From Leucoraja ocellata (taxonomy: Eukaryota), in the NCBI GenBank assembly GCA_036785375.1, contig JAWMAR010000185.1, positions 4,650,001 to 4,714,000 of the forward strand: a stretch of DNA of 64,000 bases, read 5' to 3'. How positions within the stretch are numbered: position 1 is the first letter of the stretch; each line of letters begins with the position of its first letter. The position numbers and the translations under genes are program-made. Below the pieces are notes generated by a model that saw only the letters and a program-made list of their open reading frames with translations, was not told the origin of the DNA and made no database searches. This document shows positions 1-12,768 of this stretch, one piece after another.

Positions 1-37
1 AGTTTCTTAAAATGAAAAATAATGCTACTACAGTATT

Positions 38-2981
38 GGTTTTTTTAAAATTTATATTTTTATTAGAAGCAGTGTACAAAAGTACAAACCGCGACATTTG
101 ACATAATACATTCATTGTACAGCTTCCATTTTTATTTTAACAAAGATGAAATAGAAAAAGAAAGAAAGTGAAGATGTAAGAATAGAACCCCTAAACTATC
201 AAATGAGTGTAATCAAAGAGTGAGTAAGTAAACACTTAAAAAACCTAAAAAAAACCCGACAAAAACGGGAAAAAAGGAAAAAAGAAAAAGTGTTGATATA
301 CCTGCTTCATTTCTCACCACACCCATCACCCAGTCTGTAATTTGTTGCACCATACTATCCTTGCAACAAATCATTGAAAGGAGATCATATCTTTGAAAAT
401 TGCTCTGATTTTCCTGCTAAGACAAGTCTCATATCTTCAAGATGTAGCGTCTCAGACATGTTTGTAATCCACATTTTAAGAGTTGGGGGAGATGTATTTT
501 TCCAAAATTTAAGTATAAGTTTTTTTCGCCATTATCAGGCCATAATTAAGGAAACGTCTTTGAAATATTGATAGCTCAGAGCAGGCTCCTGCTGTTCCGA
601 AAATAATCAGTTCTATATGGGGGTCCAGTTTTGTTTTTAATAATTTTGAGAATATTTATTTCCAAAAGTTATGGAGTTTTATGCAAGAGGCAAAGGAGTG
701 TGTTATAGTTGCTTCTTGAGAGAAACATTTGTCGCAAATAGGAGATGCATTTGAAAAAATCTTATTCAGTTTAGTTTTTGAGTAGAAGAGTCTGTGGAGT
801 ATTTTGAATTGGATTAAAATGTGTCTAACATTAATCGAACAATTATGTGTGTATATAAGAGATATTTTTCCCAATCTGTTTTTGGAGATTTTTAGGCCTA
901 ATTCCTCTTCCCATTCTCTTCTAATTACGTCTGACGATGGGATTTCCATATTTAGAAGGATATTGTGCAAGTATGATATTAGATTGTTTGTGTCAGAGTT
1001 CCTATTCATACCTTCGTCTAATATATCTGGCAGCAGAGTTTGATAATCGTGGGTATATGTTTTCAAATAATCTCAAGTTTGAAGATATCTAAAATATTGA
1101 TTACTTTTCAGATTGTATTTTGACTGTAATTTCTGGAATGATAGGTTTCTCATCTAGTACAAATCTCCAACCTTTTTAATTCCTAGTCTTTCCCAATAAA
1201 TAAATGTTTTATATATAATAGATGGCTTGAACGACGGGTTATTAGCTATTGGTGAAAGAAGAGATAGATTTCTTAGTTTAAAAGTAGATTTTACTTGTCT
1301 CCAAATTCGTAAAGTGCTGTGAATAATCGGATTTTTCTCATATTGTGTTCTTCAACTTTATTGGGGAGAGAAGGATCACGCCTATATTAAAAGGCAAGCA
1401 ATCCTCTCTCTCCATTACTAATCTGTTGGCATGAGTTATCCAACCAACAAATTACATTTTTAATATTCGCTGCCCAATAGTAGTATAAGAAATTGGGGAG
1501 TGCCAATCTGCCCATTTCTTTGGGATTACATAGATGTCGTTTATGAATTCTATGTGATTTATAATCCCAAATAAAGTTTGTGATCCGGGAATCAAGATTT
1601 AAAAAAAAAAAAAAATTTAGGTAGATTTTGGTATTGATTGAAATAAATAGAGAATTTGTGGGAGGAAAATCATTTTTATGGCATTTATTCTGCCCATTAA
1701 AGAGTTCGGAAGTGTTTTCCAGAATTGAATAAGAGCGTTTAATTTAGTAACTAAAGGCGGAAAGTTTGCATTGAATAACTAATTATATTTTCTATAAGAT
1801 CTCATATGTTTGGAATACTAACTTGAGAATTGGTGATGTATAATAATACATCATCTACATATAATGATATTTTATTATTGGAATGTTTAGTATTATAGCC
1901 GTGAATGTTCGGATGTATTCTTATACTTTCCGCTAAGGGTTCAATCGCAAGGGCAAATAGCACCCCTTATATTCCAGCTACAAAACGTAATTTCTCCAAT
2001 TTTCTTTTGAGGGTCGTCTTGCATTGTAAATTACATTGGTTCCTTTATTTCAGATCGTGCAACACAATACCTCAAGCTTCTGGGTGTTGGGTGGGTGCTC
2101 CCAGCTGCTGAACTCTGTAGGTATATCCCATGAAAATGTGCCCTAAAAAGAAAAATCAAAAAAAGTGCTAAATAACATAAATGATATGAAAAAACAGTAT
2201 TTAAAAATACTGTGTGAAAAAACCACCTAATGTGACCTTCCGTAGGTGTAAAATTACATTAAGGTCCGTTCCCTGTGAACAAGTATTATACAAAAGAAAG
2301 AGCAGGACAGAACTGGGTAATATATTCAAAGAGAAAACAAGCAAACATGTACTACAATTAGTTCCTCTGCTATCTTAAACTGTATACGTATTTACTATTT
2401 AATTACTGTATTTAACTTAGAAGACAAATCCCAGTATATTTGAGTACGAATCAGCTGGCTAGAAGGGGTTAACCAAGAATACAGTCTTGGCTGCCTGCCA
2501 TCTGTTTTACTCCCTTCCAGCTTAGGTGATTCTTTGTCGGTTTGGCCTGGTCATATCTGGGAATTTGTCCACCCAAATCGATTAAACATATTTTAGTATA
2601 TCAATCCAATAAATTTTAACTAAAGATCATAGATCTAAAGAATATTCAATATTGGCTTTAAAAAGGAATGAATCATTATTCGGTTATCATATTGCACTTT
2701 AGATTAAGATACATGAGTTAGTTCAATTACTTATATGTTATTTATATCTTTGTTAGTGGATTATTACATTCCGCTTCATTTAATTTGTTTTCTATACTGC
2801 GTAGTTCCATTTTATTAAATCTTTCATTCGAAAATATTTTGTCTTTGAGGCGGACATGTTGCATTCCATACCTGATAAGATGTCTAGACATAAGCACATG
2901 CGAATTGGTCGGCCATCTTATCTGCAACATTTGTACTTATTTTTATTTAAACAGGCATATTCTCTCAGTTTACCCCCTATA

Positions 2982-3013
<32 letters not shown>

Positions 3014-4258
3014 CATCAGCAAAGCCGTGACATTTTACTTATCCTTTAGTATCCTTTTTTAGGTCTTGCGCGTATTTAAATGCTTCTTCTGGATCAGTAA
3101 AGAAATGCTCCAAGTCATTATATGTGACCCTCAGTTTAGCAGGATATATACCATATCTTAGGTTTGGAATTCCTTTAAGAATCAGCCGGGTCTTTGTAAA
3201 GAGGGCACGTTTCTTCGCCACTTCTGCTGGATAGTCTCTGAAGAATCTTACAGTTTCTCCTTCGAACATCAGATTTTTTCCGAATGGTTTAATGTCTTTA
3301 AGAACTGCTATGTCATGAAGTTTCAGGATAATCTGTCTTGGTGGGGCTCCTGCCCTCGAGTATGCTCTCTGAACACTGTGTGCAACATCTACTTTCGGTT
3401 TTTCAGACAGCTTGAATACTTGTTGAAGTAGGTTGGCAATGAAATCCCGAGGGTCTTTTCCAGTTTCCTTCCCTTCATTCACTCCAACTATCCTTGGGTT
3501 CTGCCTTCTGGACCGAGCTTTAAGATTGAGGCATTTGTCGGTCATTCGGGCCAGTTGCCCAGAAACTCGGTCTAGATCTTCTTTCATTCTCTTCATCGCT
3601 TCAGACATATCCTTAGTCACAGTTTCCAGATCTTAAATAGCGTTGTTTTGTTCTGTAGAAGTAGTCAGAACGGACTCCAGCTTTTTATTGCTATCTTCTT
3701 CGAACTGTTGAATTTCTTCTCTTAGATCGGTATCTACTTCTTCAATACGGTCCTATAGAATACCAATTTTATCGACAATATCCTTATTCCCGACATCCAA
3801 TCTTGTTTCTAACTTTCCCAGCTGAGAAGACAGCAGGAAAATCTCTTTATGCAACATATCAGCAAAGTCCTTTGTTACAGCTTCTTTTAGAGATTGTTCT
3901 TGTTCTTTTACATTTGCTTCCATATCAGCAATAAATCTTAGTCCTTCAGTTTCTTCTTCTTCAGATCCTTCTGGAGTTGTTTGAGGTGTTTTCTCCAACT
4001 CTTGAGCGAGCCGGAGTCTGGTTAAAGATCTTGTCGGGGGTCGTTTTGGTAAATACCGTTTTGCCATTTAAAAGTGCTGGTATCCCCGTTAGTTTGCGGC
4101 GATTTCTGATGACATCACTTACGCGACGTCAGGCATCCCCGGTGAATGTTTTTGAATCGGTCTCGTTTCCTTTTACAGACGTTTTAGCACTTTTAGTGCT
4201 TTTTCCGTGGAGCGGAGCTAAAGCAGCGCCTCTTAATGCTCCATGGTGCCACCTGAAG
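38..4258 (-). mobile_element. LINE-1 (L1 clade) with intact ends, internally deleted in ORF2
   Basis: ORF1 at 4067-3039 with two in-frame stops (coiled coil, RSRRQNPRIVGVNEG, FRDYPAEVAKKR, YPAKLRV). About 1 kb inter-ORF spacer. ORF2 start MQDDPQKKIGEITFCSWNIRG (ATG 2024) is fused to RT LFALAIEPL..YVDD. C-terminal CDKC..H...C. AATAAA and A-tail near 40-65. Candidate TSD ACAGTATT at 30-37 and 4259-4266. Confidence 0.9.
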
Positions 4259-4359
4259 ACAGTATTAATTGCACTAATTGTTTGGGGGTTTTAAAGCTAT
4301 ATAGAAGCCTTAAATATGCTGTCAATTTTAAATATGAAAACATATTTTGTTCCTTACAG

Positions 4360-4572
4360 AGGCAAATTTGCAGTCGTTAAAAAATGCACTGAAAAAGCTA
4401 CAGGAAAGGACTATGCTGCCAAATTCATGAGAAAAAGGAGGAAGGGTCAAGACTGCCGAATGGAAATTATTCATGAGATTGCTGTATTAGAATTGGCCAA
4501 ATCCAATCCTTGGGTCATCAACCTGTATGAGGTGTATGAGACAGCGTCAGAAATGATTTTGATTTTGGAATA
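4360..4572 (+). CDS. STK17A: STK17A (DRAK1) Ser/Thr kinase, coding exon 2 (213 bp)
   Basis: Acceptor ttccttacag|A and donor TA|gtaagt. Encodes (R)[70 protein letters not shown](Y): Gly-loop end, AAK lysine and the DAPK-family basic loop. Confidence 0.97.
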
Positions 4573-4989
4573 GTAAGTACTTATTTTAATTCTGCCCCCT
4601 GTTCTTTAAATGTTAGTAACGTTAAGGGGTCTAGGTAAGTTACTGATCATGTGTAGAAAATGTGGAGTAATGAGTTCATTAAAAATATGAAGCCTGTCTG
4701 ATCAATGATGTGAGATCTAAATATATATTGTAATTTTAATTTTACTTGGGATATTAGAGTTATTTTTCCGCAAAAAAAAAAAAATTGTGTTTAAACGGAT
4801 ACGTGCCATTAGTGGACAGTGAAATATTCCATTAGCCTTTGCATTGAATCCTTTTAACCTCTATCGAGAAGATATGTAAAAAAAACGTACCCTATTGTTC
4901 AATAACATGCTGTCTTTTGCACTGTTCTTCTATGAGATGCCATAGTCTTGGTATTGATGCAACACAAAGATGACAGAAACCAGAATTGT

Positions 4990-5534
4990 TTGCAGTAGTT
5001 AGTTCTCTATTTTGGGTGGTGAATTATGTAACATTATTTGGAGTATTGCGTGCAATTATGGTTGCCCCATTACAGGAAGGATTTAGAAGGTTGGAATGGG
5101 TGCAGAGGAGTTTACCAGATGATGCCAGGATTAGAGACTATTGGCGACAGGAAGAGATTGGACAAACTTGGATTGGGTTTTTTTTCTTGAATGCTGGAGG
5201 TCGTGATAGAAAAATATAAATTTGAGAATGGCATAAATAGGGTAAACAGTCAACCGTTTTTAAGGATAGTTAATTCAAATACTAGAGGGATTAGTTTTAA
5301 GGTAAGAAGAAAGGTTTAAAGGAAATGTGTGGGCAAGTTATTTTGCGTTCACATGCATTGCCGAGAGTTGGGGCTGAGACAGATGGAATAGTAACACTTA
5401 AGAGACATTTGGATAGGCATATGGATATGGAGGGATGTGGGTTATGTGCAGGCAGGTAAGAGTTGGTCATGGTATAATGTTTGACATAGATGTTGTGGGA
5501 AGACATTTCCTGTGCTGCACTGATCTATGTTCTA
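4990..5534 (+). mobile_element. Old CR1-type LINE 3' fragment
   Basis: Degenerate LEYCVQ..W.P..RK...LE.VQR.FT segment and CR1-like 3'UTR. Confidence 0.7.
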
Positions 5535-5630
5535 CTGAAGAAGGGTCTTGACCCGAAACGTCACCCATTCCTTCTCTCCATAGATGTTACATGTCCTGCT
5601 GAGTTACTCCAGCCTTTTGTGTCTATCTTC
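5535..5630 (+). mobile_element. Penelope-like terminal-repeat fragment with hammerhead-like core
   Basis: CTGAAGAAGGGTCTTGACCCGAAACGTCACCCATTCC...CTGAGTTACTCCAGC. Related copies at about 20853-21075, 30158-30290, 34190-34280, 35570-35670 and 54712-54822. Confidence 0.6.
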
Positions 5631-6422
5631 TATATTCTACATGAATTCCACTTCAGCAAAAGAAGTTGAGGAACAGGCTTCATGCTGCTACGCAAATTGA
5701 TTGTTATGCCTTTATCTGCCACCAGTGTGATAACTGTAATCAGCAATGTGTAATATTGGGTTACGCCCTTTAGATAAAAATTGCAATCATCAGCTGATGC
5801 AAGGTTACAGACTTTGTTCTTGCTACCTCTGCCTTTCGAAGTGTGGGGGGGGGAAAAAAGCCTTTCTATTTCAACATGTAACAGTGGAGGCAATACAAAT
5901 GGATGGTTCAATGGTGCGGCTGTTCGCACTGTGCTCTCGTAGCCCCAGGGGCCCAGGTTTAATTTTAAACTCTACTACTGTATGCTTGGAACTTAGATGT
6001 TCACCCAGTGACCATTTGGGTTTCCTGTGGCAACTTTAGTTTCCTTGACTGATAGCTGAGTTAGCCAAGAGCAAGCATGGACATCATAGGCTAAACTTCT
6101 CCTATGTTGTAATAAGTAAGTAAATATATTCACACGGACCAGCAGCAATGGTTTGCTGTTGCTTTTTTCATATGGGGATAGAGGAAAGAAATGGCCACCA
6201 TATCTCCCTTTCTTTATATGTTTAATCATCAGATAAATAGTCCAGAAAATTGGTAACTCCTCAGCTACATCTATGTACAATAAAACTCTAGTAATCCAAT
6301 AAATTGGAAATCCTGATGGTTAGGCACATGGCTTACTGGGCCTGTTACTGTGCTTCATCTAAACTAACAGGTTCAAGGGAAAACTTGCACCACTGTATAA
6401 CATCTTTTTAAAAACAGAAGTG

Positions 6423-9400
6423 AATAGTAAGATTAAACGAGAACTTACCAGTTTGAAGTTTGATCTGTATTTTATGAGGAGTTACGATGAGGGATTACGT
6501 GAAGAAGCCCGCCATGATGCATGCGTGTCATTCTTCAAAGCAGCGGTATGAAATCACAGATAACTGTAATGACTAAACAGTATGATTAGAGAAGAGATAC
6601 CAGTTAAGTATATGATCAAGGGTGGGAGCAGAGGGCACGTAATCCCTCATCGTAACTCCTCATAAAATACAGATCAAACTTCAAACTGGTAAGTTCTCGT
6701 TTAATCTTACTATTTTACTTCGGAGTCACGTGAGTGACTACGTGAAGATTTTAAAGCTCTGTGATTTCATGCCGTGGAAACGAGTCCATGCATCACGTCT
6801 GCCTTGATGACTGTAGGAGGAATTGTGTTAACATAATTCAACATTGAAATCATAAAATTTATTAACACAAAATTATAACCGCTTTTTATGGGTTTAAATT
6901 AATTTACAGAACTTAAAATTGTTTCTGCAAACGTTCCAGGTTTCATTACTGGTTTGTTGTAAAATAATTGGAATGTTTTTTCCCCAGACCATCCTGCTGC
7001 CTTGAGGATTTGGTCCATTGGTACATCCAACTGTATTGCTGCCGGTGTAGCTGCAGCCCTGGTGGAATAAGATTTAAAAATATTAGTATCCACCCCAGCC
7101 TGTGTTAGCACCTGTTTCAGCCATCTTGAGATGGTCTGGACCATCACTCTTTTGTGTGGTTGCTTGTGGCTGACCAAAAAGTGCCTTCTCATTGCCTCTT
7201 AGGATTTTTGTTTTCTCCATGTAGAACGACAGATGTCTTACTATACACAGACGGTCATCTGTTGGGTATGACCTAAATTGTATATTGAGGCCTGCTGATC
7301 CCTGTCTGTTCTGCTTTACTAACTCATAGATATGAAACGTAATATTTTCTGTTGAGGAAGTCATGTTGTCCAGTCTTAGTTTATACAGTGACTGTACCCT
7401 CTGTGCCGTAACCAATGCCATTAGCATGGCTGTTTTTAATGTCTGTCTGTGTAGGGACAGAGCTGTTGCTGGAGACCAATTTCTGAGCATCTTCAGGACA
7501 ATACTTGCATCCCATATTTGGGAGTATCTGGTTCTTGGGGATTAGTATTAAAAATTCCCCTCATAAGTTTTGTTACCAGTGGGTGAGTCCCAACAGTGTA
7601 ACGCTCTGTCCCCTGCCATAGGTAAGTCGATAGGGCACTTCTGGCGCAGTTGATGGCACTGTAACTGAGCCCCTCATGTTAGTGGAGGCCTGCCAGATAT
7701 TCCAGAACAAACGGGATGTTCATGTCTCTGTAGGTGATGTTGATTTTATGGCAGTACATCGCCCACTTCCTGATATAGACCAGATACTGTTTTTTGGTTG
7801 ACTGTCTTTGGGCCGCCGAGATCATGTTCACTGTTCTGTCCGTCAGTCCCAGTTGTAGTAGAGGTGTTTTTAAACTCTACAAATTAATAATTTCAATGGC
7901 ATGGGTGGCTATCCCTTGTTACGGGATGTAGCAATAAATCTGGTCTATGTGGGATGGTGATACATGGTTCTAATACCATGTTTAATACCACTGAGAACTA
8001 TGGTTTAGTAGGCCAATCGGGTACTACCAAAATACCAGACGCAGAGTCTTGTTGTATTTCCCTTAATACCCGACTGATGAGACAGAAAGGAGGGAATGCA
8101 TAAATAAACAATTCCCCCCCCCCCCCCCCCCCCAATGCAGCGAAATGCATCTGTCGCCGCTGCCCCAGGGTCTGGTTCCCATGAAACATAATTTGATAAC
8201 TAGTGGTTAAGTCTGGATGCGAATAGATCGATATCTGGTGTTCCATATTTTGCTGTAATATCAGCAAATACTTTTTTTATTCAACATCCATTCGGTGTTT
8301 TCGTTAAATTTGTGTGACCTGGTGTCTGCCACTAAATTTAGTCTTCCTGGTAGGTAAGTGGCTGATATCCAAATATCTCTCTGGATACACCATTGCCAAA
8401 TTGTATTAGCCAGATTGTCACATGATGTCGATTTGTTTCCACCCATGTGGTTAATGTATGCTACCACGGTGGTATTGTCTATCTGTAGTCTAACATGCTG
8501 GTGATATGACACAGTACAATATGACTTTAGGCCATGGAATGCACCCAAAATTTCCAGGTAGTTTATGCCCAGTGTGAGTAATAATGATGCCTCCTGAGCA
8601 GTCCATCTACCTCCACAGCTGGTGATGGTATTGGTGACTCCCCACCCAAGTGCACCGGCATCAGTTTGTAGTACCATGGAAGGGTTACTGACAATGATTG
8701 GATTGGAACAAAGCCAGATGTTATCTATCCACCATTTTAGTTCCATTTTAGCTTTGATTGGTAGTTTCATAGGTCTGTCAAAGTGACCTGCATTAATTTA
8801 GAGTGCTTGTATTTTTGTTCTCTGTAAGTTTTGGTAATGTAGAGGTCCAAATTGTGTGGCTGGAAAAGCAGCCACCATTTTGCCAATTACTTTTGCTACC
8901 AATCTGATGGACGGTTTGCTGATGTCACTGAGGTTATTGCAAACCTCTATTAAATCTCTAGCCTTTCCCTTGGGCAGAGTCACCAAAATGTGAACTGAGT
9001 CAATGGTGAACCCCAAATAGTCCATAGTAGTGGAAGGCGTTAGTTTAGATTTAACTGGATGGATAATAAATCCCAGTTTTTCAAATAACTGTTTTGTGGC
9101 TGTTACAGTTTGTTTGGCCAATTCCAAAGTTTTGCCCACAATAAGTATGTCATCTAAATATGCCATGACCATGTGTTTACGTTTACGTAGAAAACGATAG
9201 GGCTGGTTTCAAAATGTATGTGAACAGCCTGGGGCTGATGAAAACCCATTTGGCAGTGCTTTATACTGCCAGAGTTGTCCCATCCAGTTGAATTTTAAGT
9301 AACATCTGTGGTCATCTTGTATAGGCACTGAATAGTAAGCATCTTTTAAATCGATGCTGGCCATGAAGTAACCTTTGGAAATTAATTGTTTAGCAGTAAC

Positions 9401-11029
9401 AAAGGTTTCCATTTTGAAGTGTTGTCAGATTTTGTCAGATTTTGTCAGATCTATGATGATGCGACAACCACCTTCTTTTTTGTTTTTGGTAAATATATTG
9501 GACACAAATTCTAATGGTTCGTGTTGAGTTTTCTCAATTACACCTTTTACGTAAAGCCGCTCCAGTTCAGCTTGCGCTTTTGATTTTTCTTTATCAGAAA
9601 GCACGAACATTCGGTTCGGTATATGTTGAACTGGAGGGCTGTACTTGTGTATAAACTCTATTGTATATCCCTGGATACTGCTTAAGATGTAAGTATCGGT
9701 TGTTAACATGCTCCATGCATTCAGAAAAGAGTGTAATCTCCCCCCCCAACCTCCATGCTCCCTGTATTTTGTAGGGAACCAGACCCACCTACCTCCATAG
9801 TTACCAGTGGCAGGTTTACTTCTTTTTGTAGGTTCTTGTGCTGTTGTTGCGCTGGTGTCTGGATTTTCAGTTTGGTTGGCGTTGGAGGTCCGCGCATCTT
9901 CCAAGAAAGCCGGCCTGGGCCATGGCCTAAAAAAGACTCATGTTTTGAGTACCGGGCCTTCGAGCTTTCACCAGTTCTGCTGGTGGGTGCGTAGGAGTGC
10001 TGTCTTTGGCTGTAGTGGGTTTTTGTTGGAGTCCCTTTTATTAGTCCAGTAGGTTCTCTCGTTCCTGCACCCCTTGCACACTTGTCTTTCCTTCTACGGA
10101 CCCCTCTTCCAGGTCAGCCCAGAACTGACCCGCAGTGCTCCCCTCTGATGAGGTAGACGCACTGTGCAGCCCTTCAAGAGGTACCGCTGTGGGTTTATCA
10201 TAGGGCCCACAGTGACCCGACTCCATCTCCCGGAGTCTGTCACGTTGGAGCAAATGCTCCATACATCGCTCCATCCGGCTCCAGCGCTCTCGGTCGCTGG
10301 CCGCCCGCGGTTGTTCAAAGTCGGACTCCTCTGAGTCCACGACCTTGTTTGTTTTTGTGTCTAGCCTTACCGCCCGGCCGCGTGGATCTGGCCGGTGCGG
10401 AGGCGACATCGGGCACAGCTGATCCCACTATCGGTGATCTGAGTGCCGCTGGCTGCTGCTGGCTGCCCGCTGCTCCGCGGTCCTCCCTCACCAGCTCTGT
10501 CGCAGACCTTGTCTTCTCCACCTGTAATCAGCATGGGAAAACACAAAAGGACCGCAGTTCTTACCTGCAGGTCCTGGGTTTAAATTGTCGCTACGGGGGA
10601 ACGTCGTTCCACCCCGCCTCCTGCCGTTATCGACTTGTCAAAGTCGACAGCCCCATTCTGAATAGTCTCCCACCCGGCCGTGGTGTTCTGGCCGGCGCGG
10701 GACCAAAAGTCGGCACAGCTGATCCCACTTACGGGGCTTGTGCCTTCAGCTGCTGCTGGCTCCCACAACTCCGCGGTCCTCCCCAGCCAGCTTCACTCGC
10801 AGCACTTGTGGACACTATTTTGTCCAGCTTCCCCCCCCCTGTGTAAAACATCACGGGGACAAACACTACCGCAGAGTAAATCATTTACCTGCAGGTCGTG
10901 GTTTCAAACTTACCGCTGCGGGGGAGCGCTCCACCCCGCCTGTCGTTTTGCAAGCGTGAAAGCAATATGAGACGCATGCGTCCTGGCGGGGTTCTTCACG
11001 TAGTCACTCACGTGACTCCGAAGTAAAAT
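6423..11029 (-). mobile_element. DIRS1-like tyrosine-recombinase retrotransposon, complete termini, disrupted ORFs
   Basis: RT (ASIDLKDAY, LPNG.SSAP, YLDD at about 9412-8798), RNase H (LQTDA..GWG, INYLEILG, DNTT at 8770-8261), methylase-like YAFPPF (8267-7998) and tyrosine recombinase (TAQR, STRAAAT, AAGWS..TF..FYNKP at 7490-6899). Imperfect ITRs at about 6497-6531 and 10967-11001. Internal complementary region at 6636-6748. AAT shared at both ends. Confidence 0.95.
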
Positions 11030-11214
11030 TGAAAGTCTATGGGAACCCAATTTCCATAGAATCTGCTAAAATGGGACCACCAGGCAGGAATTTAAAAACA
11101 CTAAGGATTTAAATGAATGTATATGTCACCATGGAATGGGAGACTGTGGACCAAGTGCTATTAAAAGGGATTAGAATAATGGACTTGCTTTTGTGTTGCG
11201 AGTCATGGCTCAGT

Positions 11215-11910
11215 AATAGTTTTCATCCCCACCCCATGACTATTGTATTACACCTGTTGGGTACACCTCTATTTTTCTAATTTATCATAGAATTAATATC
11301 ACAATCATTACTTGGTGGCTAATCAATAGCTCCCATCGTTTTTTTTCTGCCCCTTCAACCTGACATTTAATTCCACGTCATGATCTGCCTAACCACGATA
11401 ATTTCTCATGACTGTACTGATGTTAATCCTTTAATGCTGTTCCGCCTCCTTTCCCTTTATTTCTGTCCTTCCTAAATGTCAGATACACTTGAACATTTAT
11501 CTCCCAGATTTGGTCACTCTACAGCCACTTTTAGAATGGCAATTAAATCTTACCCAATTATTTCTATTTGTGCCATTAACACATTTACATTAGCAACAAT
11601 GTTGTGTGCATGTGGATATAGGATCTGTAGTGTCCTTTTTAACCCTTTTTTCCTTGGATTCCATTTGCCACTTTCCTTTCTTCTGCCTATATATTTTGCA
11701 ACCCTCCTCGGCTTCTCTCCCTTCTGACTATTCCTTTCGGGTTCCATTCCCTAGGATTGGAGCTACTCGTCTGAACGACCTACAACCCCGAGGAGGACAT
11801 TAATCCCATTCATGCCGAGACGTAAATCATTTGATTTTGTACGTGCCCATGTCACAATTGTCCCAGAAATGCATTAATCTAAATCCCAAACTCCGGCAGG
11901 ATATCCCCAC
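11215..11910 (-). mobile_element. Old CR1 fragment (ORF2 endonuclease N-terminus)
   Basis: Degenerate LY..A.NIV..VN.L.AQIEIIG.DLIAI...WL on the minus strand. Confidence 0.55.
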
Positions 11911-11917
11911 TGTAATG

Positions 11918-12768
11918 GACAATAGGTGCAGGAGTAGGCCATTCGGCCCTTGAAGCCAGCACCGCCATATAATGTGATCATGGCTGATCATCTACATTCA
12001 GTACCCCAGTTTCCCCTGACTCCGCTATCTTTAAGAGCTCTATCTAACTCTCTTTTGAAAGCATCCAGAGAATTGGCTTCCATTGCCTTCTGAGACGGAG
12101 AATTCCACAGATTCACAACTGTCTGGATAAAAAGATTTTCCTCATCTCTGTTCTAAATGGCCTAGCCCTTATTCTTAAACTGTGGCCCCTGGTTCTGGAT
12201 TCCCCCAACATCGGGAACATGTTTCCTGCCTCTAGCGTGTCCAATCCCTTAATATTATGTTTCAATAAGATCACCTCTCATCCTTCTAAATTCCAGAGTA
12301 TACAAGCCCAGCTGATCCATTCTATCAACATAATTCCCGCCATCCCGGGAATTAACCTCGTGAACCTACGCTGCACTCCCTCAATAGCAAGAATGTCCTT
12401 CCTCAAATTTGGAGACCAAAACTGCACACAATACTCCAGGTGTGGTCTCACTAGGGCCCTGTACAACTCCAGAAAGACCTATGCTCCTATACTCAACTCC
12501 TCTTATTATGAAGGCCAACATGCCATTAGCTTTCTTCACTGCCAATTGCACCTGCATGCTTACTTTCAGTGAGTGATGAACAAGGACCCCCAGATCTCTT
12601 TGTACTTCCCCTTTTCCCAACTTGACGCCATTCAGATAATAACCTGCCTTCTTGTTTTTGCCACCAAAGTGGATAACCTCACATTTATCCACATTAAACT
12701 GCACCTGTCATGCATCCGCACACTCACCTAACCTGTCCAACTTGCCCTGAATCTTCATAGCATCCTCC
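11918..12768 (-). mobile_element. CR1 LINE 3' fragment (subfamily with TTGTCTA-type tail)
   Basis: [40 protein letters not shown] and a CR1 3'UTR. Confidence 0.9.

Noticed and set aside
8114-8133. Long poly-C runs (also near 28395 and 55945) as functional G-quadruplex elements
   Set aside because: Homopolymers inside TEs are unstable and error-prone in assemblies, and there is no independent support.
7998-8267. DNA adenine-methylase-like YAFPPF ORF as bacterial horizontal transfer or a defence system
   Set aside because: It is the known methylase-like domain downstream of RNase H in DIRS1 pol and lies inside the element boundaries.
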